From NCBI RefSeq assembly GCF_009914755.1, contig NC_060936.1: 64,000 nt of DNA; one strand, given 5' to 3'. Of this stretch, positions 26,445-38,429 are shown in pieces. The DNA is from the human T2T-CHM13v2.0 reference genome, Homo sapiens. Both the position numbers and the translations under genes were made by a program. The notes under the pieces were generated by a model that searched no databases, was not told the DNA's origin, and worked only from the letters and a program-made list of their open reading frames with translations. Each line of letters opens with the position of its first letter. Within the stretch, counting starts at the first letter, position 1.

Positions 26445-27500
26445 AGAAGTGCTTTCCCAAACCATCTGTGGCAACAGACTAATTCTTTTTAAATCCCTAA
26501 TCCATTGTGAATCAACAGATTAAAGATTTTTAAATTTATGTTTATAAAGTATAATAAAATTAAATTCTAGAAAAATAAACGAAAAAGACATACAAACTCA
26601 ACAGACCTAAAACTGCATTTCAACACATCTACTTAGAACAAATCTAACAGGAAAAAAATAGAGAAATTCTACACATTGTTCAATGAAAGTTTGTATTTAG
26701 GAGATTAAAATGGAGAATTGTTAATTATGCTCATAAGTTTAGTCATCCATAATCATAAAAAACAAAAAGTTATAAAGCAAATAGCAAGTCCCTGTATTAA
26801 ATTACTTTACACACACTTTGAATGAACATTATGTATATCAATAGTTGAGCTTGTTTTCCTGCTTGTTAACTTATCTAGGTTGGCTTGATGACAATGTTAC
26901 TCTCAGGGGATAACATACATCTATGTTTTGTTCTATTAACAATAACAATAGAGAAACCTGTCTCACCTAAGCAAATTGACAGAAATGGAAGAAAAAAAAT
27001 GACAGCAAGCTCAGGATATTTGTTTTAAATTTTTATCTAAAGCAAGGTAAGTGATGCTGTGTTTTCAAACTCCATCTTTAATCTTGCATCATTAACCAGC
27101 TACAACAATTTATTCTGTAAAGTCATGATTACGTTTATATTATCTTTCAAAAATTGAAAAGGATGCTGAATCCACTATTCTCATGCATGCATCTTCTTTT
27201 GATAAAAAGTAAAAACGTTCTATCAGATCTGTAAGGAACTCAATGATATGTCTCACAGATGTGCAATGTCAACATCATAAATTATCTCATCCATAATTTT
27301 TGTTCAATTATGGAACACGTAATAACAATTTATAAAAATTATTCTTCCCTGCTTCTAACTCTCAATTTTACCCTTCAGTTTTACCTATTATTGAAAAATA
27401 TTTTGCATTCCTTCTTTGCATCCATATATTTAGATAATAGATAACATCAAAGATGTAAGATATATACATGCTGCTCAATTCACAACTTGAGAATGTTGGG
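26445..27500 (-). mobile_element. hAT/Charlie DNA transposon remnant carrying the transposase C-terminus
   Basis: Minus strand gives FLPFLSICLGETGFS and IDVCYPLRVTLSSSQPR/KLTSRK/QAQL (with frameshifts), matching the Charlie/Buster-type hAT dimerisation-domain end. Confidence 0.7.
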
Positions 27501-30338
27501 ATAAAACTGATTTCTTATCTTGTAGAAAGACCAAGAGTTTCTTTGGTGATTCAAACATTCTCAATAGAATATTCTCCCTTTATATGCATCATAACTTAAT
27601 ATGCGACAAGTTGCTTGTGACTAGCTTTTGTAACATTCATATTATCACATAAAAAAGAGATTGTGTAGGATTTAACACATTTGATTAGTTGGAGTTGGCC
27701 AGGACAAAAAGAGAGGAAGTAGAGATTCTAGAGAGAAGCCTGATGGAGAAAGGAAATCTTCTCCTTCAGACTTTCCTTTCAACACTTAGAGAACTCTGCA
27801 GGCTGGATTTTTGCTGTGGTGTCAGAAGAGCATCTATTTCCCAGTGTGAGTGAGCATCAGCTCTGGTCAAATGATTATATGATGAGATAACAACAATTTA
27901 GTAAGGAGCTGTTAGTTTAATTAAAAGGAACAAAACGCAAGAGTTGAAATGCAAAGAGAAAAATCTCAATTTGGATCTAAGATTTATATTTATCTTAGCT
28001 TTATTTAAATTCATTTTTCATTTTCTGCTTCTATTTATATAGTAGATTGTATTCATACTGATGATTAAATAAAAAAATACATTTTCACAGATAAATGTAA
28101 ATCACAATTTGGTTTAAATGCCATTACAAACACATGGAGGAACCATTTGGTTAAGTGATTGTGACCATCTCATGTAGCTGAATTAGAAGCCCTGAAGTCA
28201 TAGTTCTCAAAAGTTTCTAACCCATGTTTCCATTATAAAAAATTACCCCAGGGAGATTCTAATTTGTATCCACAGCAATAAGATTTTTGTTGAGGCTTTT
28301 TTTCCTGCATTTATATTACGAAATCATATATCACCCCCTAACTTTAATTAGATATTACCACTACCACCACCCCAGGGCACATTCTTCCACCTTGAGATTC
28401 ACAGCCTAAAGAATTCATTTCTTTCTTTAGTGACATTATATCAACAACACAAATAAAGATGGAGTGCATAACTGGATTATATTATCATCTAACACATTTA
28501 CACTGATAAACACTCAATTTAACAATAAGCCATAATTATATACATTTGCAAATAAAACATATTTTGCTATGCTCGGTTTTATAACATGCTATATTCTGAT
28601 TATTTAGACTAAGGAAAATAAAGCATTTACTGTGTTATGAAGGAAGACAAAAAGCAAGAGTCCGAGATTTCCATGTAGGTCAAAGTAATTAAAATAGTGA
28701 TCATTCAGTAAGACCGGAAGAGGGGCTATCAGAGAAGGTCTCAATGTGGCTAAATTAGAAAGCAAGGAGATGTCATTTTTTAAAGTCTAAAAGTTGTGCC
28801 ACTTTACAAAAACTCATCCAACTAAGCAATTTTTGGTGGTTGCTAAATATATATGCTGGTGTAAGCTAATATGAAATACACAGCAAAGTTTAAAAAAAGA
28901 AGAAAATGTATATTTTAGTTCAAGATATCCAGCTGAGGTAAGGTCTATAGGCTTCCTTAAATAGCTAATGGGAAATTTCTAACATCTCCAACTATTAGTT
29001 AAGTGTCCTTTGTCAATAAATGAAAGATACTAACATAATTTTTAAGATTTAATTAAAATAAACTAACATTTCTTAAAGGAATTCCGTGACCGAGGTGTAC
29101 ACAGGAGTACTGAAAGCTAAAGTGGTGTATATTTCCAAGGGCATATGCCCTTAAGGAACATATAAACTAGCCTTGAAGCTATACATGTATACATATGAAA
29201 AGTATTGAGTAAAGCAATATGTAATTGATTTTATAAGAAAAATATCACTTAATGTACTAGATGAGCACAAGAAACAAAAGCAGTAGATTAACTAAGTGGA
29301 AGACCAGAGAAATTTTCAGAGGAGGGAGTGTTTGACCTCCTCTGTGAAATACATTTATTTTTAAAGGGCAGATGAGGAATATTTCAGATGGATGACACAC
29401 CAGAAGCAAAAGTTTTCTCCCTGTCTAAAGAATGAAAGTCAACTTTAGATGCACGAGATGGACAAGTGGAAGATATGGATGGACAGGCAAGAGAAGCCCT
29501 CAGCTGTGAAAGCTACAGGGATTCTGGACTTTATTTTGAAGATAATAGGAAAGCAATGAAGGTTTTTAAGCACAGGAGTGACTTAATCGAAGGGGAACTT
29601 TAAAATGTGTGTTAGCCTTTTGTGCAAATAAATACTAAATCTGCTGGTACTATTGACATGTTTTCATTAAAAGGCCCTCTATACAGTTCTGGTAAGAGCA
29701 AATGTTAAAAAGAAGCTGTGATTCTCTCAAATTTAACAAGATGATGTCAGTAATAATCATCTACTGAGGTTAGTAGAATACCCATCAGGGTTGCCAAAAA
29801 ACAGAACACAACGCAGAAACTGATCATAACATTCTCGGAAACCACAGAAAACTAATGAAGGTTCATACTTACAAAATAAGACATGAGAAAGAGGAGTGTG
29901 TTCTAATGTTAAAATTCAGTATCTTGGACTCCCCCGTAAGATGGCCAAATAGGAACAGCTCCGGTCTACAGCTCCCAGCAAGACCAACACAGAAGGCAGG
30001 TGATACCTGCATTTCCAACTGAGGTGCCCAATTCATCTCATTGGGACTAGTTAGACAGTGAGTGCAGCCCACGGAGGGCAAGCAGAAGCAAAGTGGGGCG
30101 TCACCTCACCAAGGAAGCGCAAGGGGTTGGGGAACTCCCTCCCCTAGTCAAGGGAAGCCGTGAGGGACTGTGCCATAACGGACAGTGCTGTCCAGCCCAG
30201 ATACTCTGCTTTTCCCAAGGTCTTCAAAACTGGCAGACCAGGGGATTCCCTCGGGTGCCTACACCACCAGGGCCCTGGCTTTCAAGCACAAAACTGGGCA
30301 GCCATTTGGGCAGACACTGAGCTAGCTGCAGTTTTTTT

Positions 30339-30557
30339 TCATACCCCAGTGGTGCCTGGAATGCCCCCGAGACAGAACTGTTTACTCCCCTGGAAAAGAG
30401 GCTGAAGCCAGGGAGCCAAGTGGACTTGCTCAGTGGATCCCACCCCTACAAAGCCCAACAAGCTAAGATCCACTGGCTTGAAAGTCTTGCTGCCAGCCCA
30501 GCAGTCTGAAGCCAACCTGGGAATCTCCAGAGTGGTGTGGGGAGGGGCATCCGCCAT
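30339..30557 (-). CDS. L1 ORF0-like antisense ORF (72 aa, MADAPPHTTLEIPRLASDC...VGVG...)
   Basis: Open frame in the L1 5'UTR antisense strand, gtaATGG context; N-terminus resembles primate ORF0 (MAGAPP...SDC...VGVG); translation not shown. Confidence 0.45.
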   Translation of the reverse strand: MADAPPHTTLEIPRLASDCWAGSKTFKPVDLSLLGFVGVGSTEQVHLAPWLQPLFQGSKQFCLGGIPGTTGV

Positions 30558-31253
30558 TACTGAGGCTTCAGTAGGTGCTTTTCCCCTCACAGTATAAACA
30601 AGCTGTTGGGAACTTCAGACTGGGTAAAGCCCACCAAAGTGCTGCAAAGCCCCTGTAGCCAGACTACCACTTTAGATTCTGGGCAGGGCATCTCTGAAAG
30701 AAAGTCAGCAGCTCTAGTCAGGGGCTTATAGAAAAAACTCCCATCTCCCTGGGACAGAGCACCTGGGAGAAGGGGTGGCTGTGGGCGCAGCTTCAGCAGA
30801 CTTAAACGTTCCTGCCTGCTGGCTCTGAAGAGAGCAGCAGATCTCCCAGCACAGCACTCGAGCTCTAGGGACAGACGACCTCCTCAAGTGGGTCCCTGAC
30901 CCCAATGCCTCCTGATGGAGAGACACCTCCCAGCAGGGGTCGACAGACATGTCATACAAGAGAGCTCCGGCTGGCATCTGGTGAGTGACTGTCTGGAATG
31001 AAGCTTCCAGAGGAAGGAGCAGGCAGCAAACTCTGCTGTTCTGCAGACTCTGCTGATGATACCCAGGCAAACAGGATCTGGAGAGAACATCCAGCAAACT
31101 CCAGCAGACCTGCAGAAGAGGGTCCTGACTGTTAGAAGGAAAACCAACAAACAGAAAGCAATAACATCAACATTAACAAAAAGAACGCCCGTGCAAAAAC
31201 CCCATCCAAAGGTCACCAACATCAAAGACCAAAGGTAGACGAATCCATGAAGA

Positions 31254-32283
31254 TGAGGAAAACCAGGCACAAAAAGTTGAAAATTCCAAAAACCAGAAGG
31301 CCTCTTCTTCTCCAAAGGATCACAACTCCTCGCCAGCAAGGGAACAAAACTGAATGGAGAATGAATTTGACAAATTGACAGAAGTAGGCTTCAGAAGGTG
31401 GGTAATAACAAACTACTCCGAGCTAAAGGAATATGATCTAACCCAATGCAAGGAAGCTAAGAACCTTGATAAAGGGTTAGAGGAACTGCTAACTAGAATA
31501 AGCAGTTGAGAGAAGAACATAAATGACCTAATGGAGCTGAAAAACACAGCATGAGAACTTTGTGAAGCATACACAAGTATCAATAGCCAAATTGGTCAAG
31601 TGGAGGAAAGGATATCAGAGATTGAAGATCAACTTAATGAAATAAAGTATGAAAACAAGATTAGAGAAAAAAGAATGAAAAAAAAACAAAAAAAACAAAG
31701 CCTCCAGGAAATATGGGACTATGTGAAAAGACCAAACCTACATTTGACTGGTGTACTTGAAAGTGACAGGGAGAACAGAACCAAGTTGAAAAACATGCTT
31801 CAGGATATTATCCAGGAGAACTTCCCCAACCTAGCAAGACAGGCCAACATTCAAATTCAGGAAATACAGAGAACACCATAATGATACTCCTCGAGAAGAG
31901 CAACCCAAAGACACATAATTGTCAGATTCACCAAGGTTGAAATGAGGAAAAAATGTTAAGAGCAGCCAAACAGAAACATCAGGTTACCCACAAAGGGAAG
32001 CACATCAGACATACAGAGGATCCCTCTGCAGAAACCCTACAAGCCAGAAGAGAGTGGGGGCCAATATTCAACATTCTTAAGGGAAAGAATTTTCCACCCA
32101 GAATTTTATATCCAACCAAACTAAGCTTCAAAAGCGAAGGAGGAATAAAATCCTTTATAGACAAGCAAATGCTGAGAGATTTTGTCACCACCAGGCCTGC
32201 CTTACAAGAGCTTCTGAAGTAAACACTAAATATGGAAAGGAAAAACTGGTACCAACCACTGCAGAAACATAGCAAAATGTAAA
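31254..32283 (+). pseudogene. L1 ORF1 remnant (disrupted)
   Basis: Fragments EERISEIEDQLNEIK...SLQEIWDYVKRPNL and RDFVTTRPALQELLK. Confidence 0.9.
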
Positions 32284-32343
32284 GCATCGACACTATGAAG
32301 AAACTGCATCAACTAATGGGCAAAATAACCAGCTAGCATCAAA

Positions 32344-35300
32344 ATGACAGGACCAAATTCACACATAACAATATTAACCTTAAATGTAAATGGGCTAAAT
32401 TGCCCAATTAAAAGACACAGACTGGCAAATTGGATAAAGAGTCAGGACCCATCGGTGTGCTATATTCAGGAGACCCATCTTATGTGCAAAGACACACATA
32501 GGCTCAAAATAAAGGAATGGAGGAAGATTTACCAAGCAAGTGGAAAGCAAACAAAAGCAGAGGTTGCAATTTTAGTCTCTGATAAAACAGACTTTAAACC
32601 AACAGAGATTAAAAAACACAAAAAAGGGCATTACATAATGGTAAAGGAATCAATGCAACAAGAAGAGATAACTATCCTAAACATATATGCACTCAACACA
32701 GGAGCACCCAAATTTGTAAAGCAAGTTCTTAGAGACCTACAAAGAGACTTAGACTCCCACACAATAATAGTGGGAGACTGTAACACCCCACTCTCAATAT
32801 TAGACAGATCAACGAGACAGAAAATTCACAAGCATATTCAGGACTTGAACTCAGCTCAGGACCAAGCAGACCTAATGGACATCTACTGAACTGTCCACTC
32901 CACATCAATAGAATATACATTCTTCTCAGCACCACATCACACTTATTCTAAAATTGACCACATAATTGGAAGTAAAACACTCCTCAGAAAATGCAAAAGA
33001 ATGGAAATCATAACAAACAGTCTCTTAGACCACGGTGCAATGAAATTAGAACTCAGGAGTAAGAAACTTGCTCAAAATCGCACAACTACATGGAAACCGA
33101 ACAACCTGCTCCTGAATGACTACTGGTTAAATAACAAAATTAAGGCAGAAATAAAGAAGTTCTTTGAAACCAACGAGAATGAAGACACAATGTACCAGAA
33201 TATCTGGGACACAGCTAAAGCAGTGTTTAGAGGGAAATTTACAGCACTAAATGCCCACAAGAGAAAGTGGGAATGATCTAAAATTGACACCCTAACTTCA
33301 CAATTAAAAAGAACAAAAGAAGCAAGAGAAAACAAATTAAAAAGCTAGCAAACACTTTGGGAGGCTGAGGGAGGTGGATCACAAGGTCAAGAGATCGAGA
33401 CCTTCCTGGCCAACATGGTGAAACCCCATCTCTACTAAAAATACAAAAATTGGCTGGGTGTGATGGCATGCAGCTGTAGTCCCAGCTACTCAAGAGGCTG
33501 AGGCAGGACAATTGCTTAAACCCAGGAGACAAAGGTTGCAGTGAGGCCAGATCATGCCACTGCACTCCAGCCTGGTGACAGAGTAAGAAACTGTCAAAAC
33601 AAAACAAAACAAAACAAAACAAAACAAAACTACCAGAAGACAAGAAATAACTAAGATCAGAGCAGAACTGAAGGAGGATAGAGATATGAAAAAGACTTCA
33701 AAAAATCAATGAATCCAGTAGCTGGTTTTTTGAAAAGATTAACAACATAGATAGACCACTAGCCAGATTAATAAAGAAGAAAAGAGAGAAGAATCAAATA
33801 GACACAATAAAAAATGATAAAGGGGATATCACCACTTATCCCGTAGAAATACAAACTACCATCAGAGAATACTATAAATACATCTACACAAATAAACTAA
33901 AAATCTAGAAGAAATGGATAAATTCCTGGACACATACACCCTCCCAAGACTAAACCAGGAAGAAGTCGAATCCCTGAATATATCAATAAAAAGTCCTGAA
34001 ATTGAGGCAGTAATTAATAGCCTACAAACAAAAACCAGCCTAGAACCAGATGGATTCACTGCTGAATTCTACCAGAGGTACAAAAAGGAGCTGGTACCAT
34101 TCCTTCTAAAACTATTCCAAACAACAGAAAAAGAGGGACTCCTCCCTAACTCATTTTATGAGGCCAGCCTCATCCTGGTACCAAAATCTGGTGGAGACAC
34201 ACACACAAAAAAGAAAATTTCAGGTCAACATCCCTCATGAACACTGATGTGAAAATCCTCAATAAAATACTGGCAAACTGAATCCAGCAGCACATCAAAA
34301 GGCTTATCCAGCATGATCAAGTCAGCTTCATCCCTGGGATGTGAGGCTGGTTCAATATACACAAATCAATAAATGGAATCCATCACATAAACAGAACCAA
34401 TGACAAAAACCACATGATTATCTCAATAGATGCAGAAAAGGCCTTCAATAAAATTCAACACCCCTTCATGCTAAAAACACTCAATAAACTAGGTATTGAT
34501 GGAACGTATCTCAAAATAATAAGAGCTATTTATGACAAACCCACAGCCAATATTATACTGAATGGGCAAAGGCTGGAAGCATTCCCTTTGAAAACTGGCA
34601 CAAGACAAGGATACCCTCTCTCATCACTCCTATTCAACATAGTTTTGAAAGTTCTCACCAGGGCAATCCGGCAAGAGAAAGAAATAAAGGTATTCAAATA
34701 GGAAGACAGGAAGTCAAATTGTCTCTGTTTGCAGATGACATGATTGTATATTTAGAAAACCCCATCGTCTCAGCCCAAAAACTCCTTGAGCTGATAAGCA
34801 ACTTCAGCAAATTCTCAAAATACAAAATCAATGTGCAAAAATCACAAGCATTCCTATACACCAATAGTAGACAAATAGAGACCTAAATCATGAGTGAACT
34901 CCCATCCACAATTGCTACAAAGAGAATACAATACCTAGGAATGCAACTTATGAGGGATGTGAAGGACCTCTTCAAGGAGAACTAAAAACCGCTGCTCAAG
35001 GAAATAATAGAAGACACAAACAAATGGAAAAATCATTCCATGCTCATGGATAGGAAGAATTAATATCGTGAAAATGGCCACGCTGCCCAAAGTAATGTAT
35101 AGATTCAATGCTATTCCCATCAAGCTACCATTGACTTTCTTCACAGAATTAGAAAAAACTACTTTAAATTTCATATGGAACCAGAAAAGAGCCCGTATAG
35201 CCAAGACAATCCTAAGCAAAAAGAACAAAGCTGGAGGTATCAAGCTACCTGACTTCAAACTATACTACAAGGCTACAGTAACCAAAACAGCATGGTACTG

Positions 35301-36443
35301 GTACGAAAACAGAGAGATAGACCAATGGAACAGAACAGAGGCCTTAGAAATAACACCACACATCTACAACCATCTGATCTTTCACAAACCTGAGAAAAAC
35401 AAGCAATGGGGAAAGGATTCCCTATAAAATAAATGGTGTTGGGAAAACTGGCTAGCCATAGGCAGAAAACTAAAACTGTACCCCTTCCTTATACCTTATA
35501 CAAAAATTAACTCTGGATGGATTAAAGATTTAAACGTAAGACCTAAAACCATAAAAACCCTAGAAGAAAACCTAGGCAATACCATTCAGGACATAGGCAT
35601 GGGCAAAGACTTCATGACTAAAATACCAAAAGCAATGGCAACAAAAGCCACAATTAACAAATGGGATCTAATTAAAGAGCTTCTGCACAGCAAAATAAAC
35701 TATCATCAGAGTGAACAGGCAATCTACAGAATGGGAGAAAATTTTTGCAATCTATCCAGTGGGGCTAATATCCAGAAGCTACAAGGAACTTAAACAATTT
35801 ACAAGAAAAAAAATACCCCCATCAAAAAGTGGGCAAAGGACATGAACAGACGCTTTTCAAAAGAAGACATTTATGTGGCCAACAAACATATTTTTAAAAG
35901 CTCATCATCACTGGTCATTAGAGAAATGCAAATCAAAATCACAATGAGATACCATCTCATGCCAGTTAGAATGGCGTCATTAAAAAGTCATGAAACAACA
36001 GATGCTGGAGAGGATGTGGGGAAATAAGAATGCTTTTACATGGTTGGTGGGAGTGTAAATTAGTTCAACCATTGTGGAAAACAGTGTAGCGATTCCTCAA
36101 GGACCTAGAACTAGAAATACCATTTGACCCAGAAATCCCATTACTGGTTATATACCCAAAGGATTATAAATCATTCTACTATAAAGATACATGCACACGT
36201 ATGTTTATTGCAGCACTATTCACAATAGCAAAGACTTGGAACCAACCCAGATGCCCATCAATGATAGACTGGATAAGGAAAACGTGGCACATATGCACTG
36301 TAGAATACTATGCAGCCATAAAAAAGAACGAGTTCATGTCCTTTGCAGGGACATGGATGAAGCTGGAAACGATCATTCTCAGCAAACTAACACAGGAACA
36401 GATAACCAAACACTGCATGTTCTCACTCATAAGTGGGATTTGA
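32344..36443 (+). pseudogene. L1 ORF2 remnant (endonuclease/RT; multiple stops, Alu insertion)
   Basis: MTGPNSHITILTLNVNGLN... endonuclease start; [21 protein letters not shown] motif; C-terminal MFIAALFTIAKTWNQPRCP. Confidence 0.92.
33351..33630 (+). mobile_element. 5'-truncated Alu (AluSc-like) with (AAAAC)n tail inside L1 ORF2
   Basis: Begins at cactttgggaggctgag; ggatcacaaggtcaagagatcgagacc; L1 ORF2 resumes after the tail. Confidence 0.92.
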
Positions 36444-36879
36444 ACAATGAGAACATATGGGCACAGGGAGGGGAATATCACACACTGGGGCCTGTCGGGG
36501 GGTGGGGGCAAGGGGAGGGATAGCATTAGGAGAAATACCTAATGTAGATGATGGGTTGATGGGTGCAGCAAACCACCAGGGCACATGTATACCTATGTAA
36601 CAAACCTGCACGTTCTGCACATGTATCCCAAACTTAAAATATAATAAAAATAAATTAATTAAATTAAATTTTAAAAAAACTTAGAATCTTTAAAATCTAG
36701 ACAAATTAATATGTATGGCCAGGAACACTTAAATCTATTAAATGTCTATGACTCTTTTGGATCACAAATTTATAAAGATAGCAAATTAAAATAATAAATT
36801 AATTTTAGAAAAACTTATGTTACTTCATTGTATAAAACAACTGAAATAAAATAAATGGGAAAAGGCTAGATCAGACATT

Positions 36880-37305
36880 GTAATAGATATAATGCTATAT
36901 GCTCAACACATCCCATTTTCTTTTATTCTAAGAATATGCTTTTCACTTCACTTGTTTGGGAAAACCCTTCAACTAACTTATAGCTAAAGGAATATGTGTA
37001 GAAGTGATACTCAACGCTTGCAGGTCTGGCTCATAAAACTTCCATATTCTGTCTCTCTTTTCTTGCCTGCTGAACAGATACAAAGATATCCAGTGGAATG
37101 CTAGAAAGCCCTTGAAGATCAAAAAACAAAACACAATGAAAGCCACATGATGGAAGGAGATTAGAGTCCCTGAATGACGGTGAAAAAGAAAGGCCTTCCT
37201 CTTACCTCCCAGTTACCCTCATTGAATTATGACATGAGCTAGAAATAAGAGCTACTGAGATTTGAGATTGTTTGTTATAGCAGTTAGCCCACCCTAACTA
37301 ATATG
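36880..37305 (+). mobile_element. Old MLT1 LTR fragment
   Basis: gccacatgatggaaggag...gtccctgaatgac...gagatttgagattgtttgttatagcagttagcc...ctaactaata. Confidence 0.6.
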
Positions 37306-37696
37306 GGCTCCTAAAATTCCATGCATATTTAAAATCAAATGTTACACAATTTATTTTCTAATCCTCCTCAAAGCATTTCATTAAAACTTCATGCTGTAAA
37401 TATAATCAAATTAATTTTTAGTATACTAAAAAGTACAGTTGAAGATAAATAGCTTAAGGGAATGAGATAGGGTCATTAATCATTACATTTTGAAAAAAAA
37501 GTGGCCTGATGGTTCATTAGGGATTTGGTTATTCTATCATGATTTCCCCACTGGGCATTGTCCAGTGAGAGTTAAACAGTTTTAAGCAGAGACAAAAGTA
37601 ACCTGAACACCAATGACTGGACCAAATTTTCTTCAACTTTATGAGATCATAAAAAAAACTTCTTTATCAGAGTGCTAGTGATGTAGATGTTCTTTT

Positions 37697-37828
37697 ACAC
37701 GGATTATCTTATTTGAAAATCCAAACTATAATGAACATTTCTTTGAGCATCATGTCAGTGCTTAAAAAGTTTTGGATTTTGGAGAATTTCAGATTTCAGA
37801 TTTTCAGATTGGGTATCTCAGCCTGTAC
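37697..37828. mobile_element. Tigger4/MER46-like DNA transposon fragment
   Basis: catttctttgagcatcatgtcagtgcttaaaaagttttggattttggagaatttcagatttcagatttttcagatt...cagcctgta. Confidence 0.7.
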
Positions 37829-38429
37829 TTTCATAACAGTTTATTTTTATAATTTCCTGTATTTTCTTTATTTCTTCTTCTAAGGTATGTGTATTGTAAG
37901 CTGGCATTTTCTCATTATCTATATGTTTTATTTAATTATATTTTATAATTTCTATTTCATGTGGTATGTTTATGCTTATAGATTTCCCCTTTTGATGTTT
38001 TTTACTGTTCCAAGCATAAGTTCTTGTAGCTGTTTATTAATCTTACATGAGACGACTCTAATTTCTAAATATATTTCTTCTGTAAGATGTGTTCTTTCAT
38101 TAGTAAAGATTTTTAAAGTGAGTTTTCAATAAGATCACAATGATCCAGCAAAAACATAAGCATGGGAAAATAGATAAAAACTGATGAATATAAATTCCTT
38201 AATTAATATCTGGTTATCCAAGCACTGAGGGATCCTTAATGTCTCTTCCCAAATTATTTTTTAAGATACACTGAATTATTTTATATCCTCTCTGGCCCGT
38301 ATCAAGATCAGATGTTCATACAACCTGGAAATAAATCATCCACCATCTGACTAGCTCTCACAGGCCTATAGGGGGACCTTTGGTCTGAATCCTATACAAA
38401 TATTTTTCTTCAGAATGACCATTATACAT

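Larger units (their letters stand above)
29926..36679 (+). mobile_element. Full-length, inactivated L1PA element (L1PA7-like)
   Basis: 5'UTR start aagatggccaaataggaacagctccggtctacagctcccagc; ORF1 and ORF2 with many stops/frameshifts; 3'UTR and A-rich tail; diverged TSD aaaattcagtatctt/aaaacttagaatctt. Confidence 0.95.

Noticed and set aside
32344-32889. 181-aa L1 endonuclease ORF as evidence of an active element
   Set aside because: Terminates early at 32889; ORF1 and ORF2 carry many stops/frameshifts and an Alu insertion, so the element is dead
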